Source: an uncultured Tannerella sp.
GTDB lineage: Bacteria > Bacteroidota > Bacteroidia > Bacteroidales > Tannerellaceae
NCBI GenBank assembly: GCA_963515435.1
Contig: CAUPYF010000001.1
Coordinates: 1 to 36,990 of the forward strand
DNA length: 36,990 nt
Direction: 5' to 3'
Positions 36,931 through 36,990 of the stretch are shown here, in pieces; position 1 is the stretch's first letter, and every line of letters begins with the position of its first letter. The notes below the pieces were generated by a model. It was not told where the DNA came from. It did not search any database and was given only the letters and a program-made list of their open reading frames with translations. Both the position numbers and the translations under genes were made by a program.

Positions 36931-36990
36931 ATGAAGCTCATCACCATCCTCGGGGCACGTCCCCAGTTTATCAAGGCCGCTGTAGTCAGC
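36931..36990 (+). CDS. wecB: UDP-N-acetylglucosamine 2-epimerase (non-hydrolysing), 5' end (partial)
   Basis: MKLITILGARPQFIKAAVVS, the characteristic GARPQFIK N-terminal motif. Confidence 0.88.
   Translation, partial: MKLITILGARPQFIKAAVVS

Overview
A mostly core-genome segment of a high-GC Bacteroidales bacterium. The evidence is TAnnTTTG promoters, a T9SS Plug gene and the tig-clpP-clpX-recQ-PPIase-surA-ostA order; a Tannerella-like oral taxon is my inference. Housekeeping content: argS 3' end, mutL, hemW, marC, tRNA-Gly/tRNA-Tyr, ribH, recF/DUF721, 2-hydroxyacid dehydrogenase, RRM protein, tig to ostA, and the wecB 5' end. Accessory content: a three-gene Shango-type anti-phage locus (TerB_N/TerB_C protein, DUF2791 ATPase, Lhr-like helicase) and a DUF4876 lipoprotein / TonB-dependent transporter / DUF6850-like beta-barrel cluster. 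The most unusual signal is non-coding. Four intergenic regions (about 7.2, 16.0, 23.7 and 32.7 kb) hold degenerate arrays of short palindromic motifs at about 41-bp period; three are bracketed by inverted repeats, yet their primary sequences look unrelated. A GTAG-type REP family is also present, with one REP doublet apparently in frame inside the signal peptide of the OstA-like gene. All protein family calls come from recognising motifs by eye; no searches were run.
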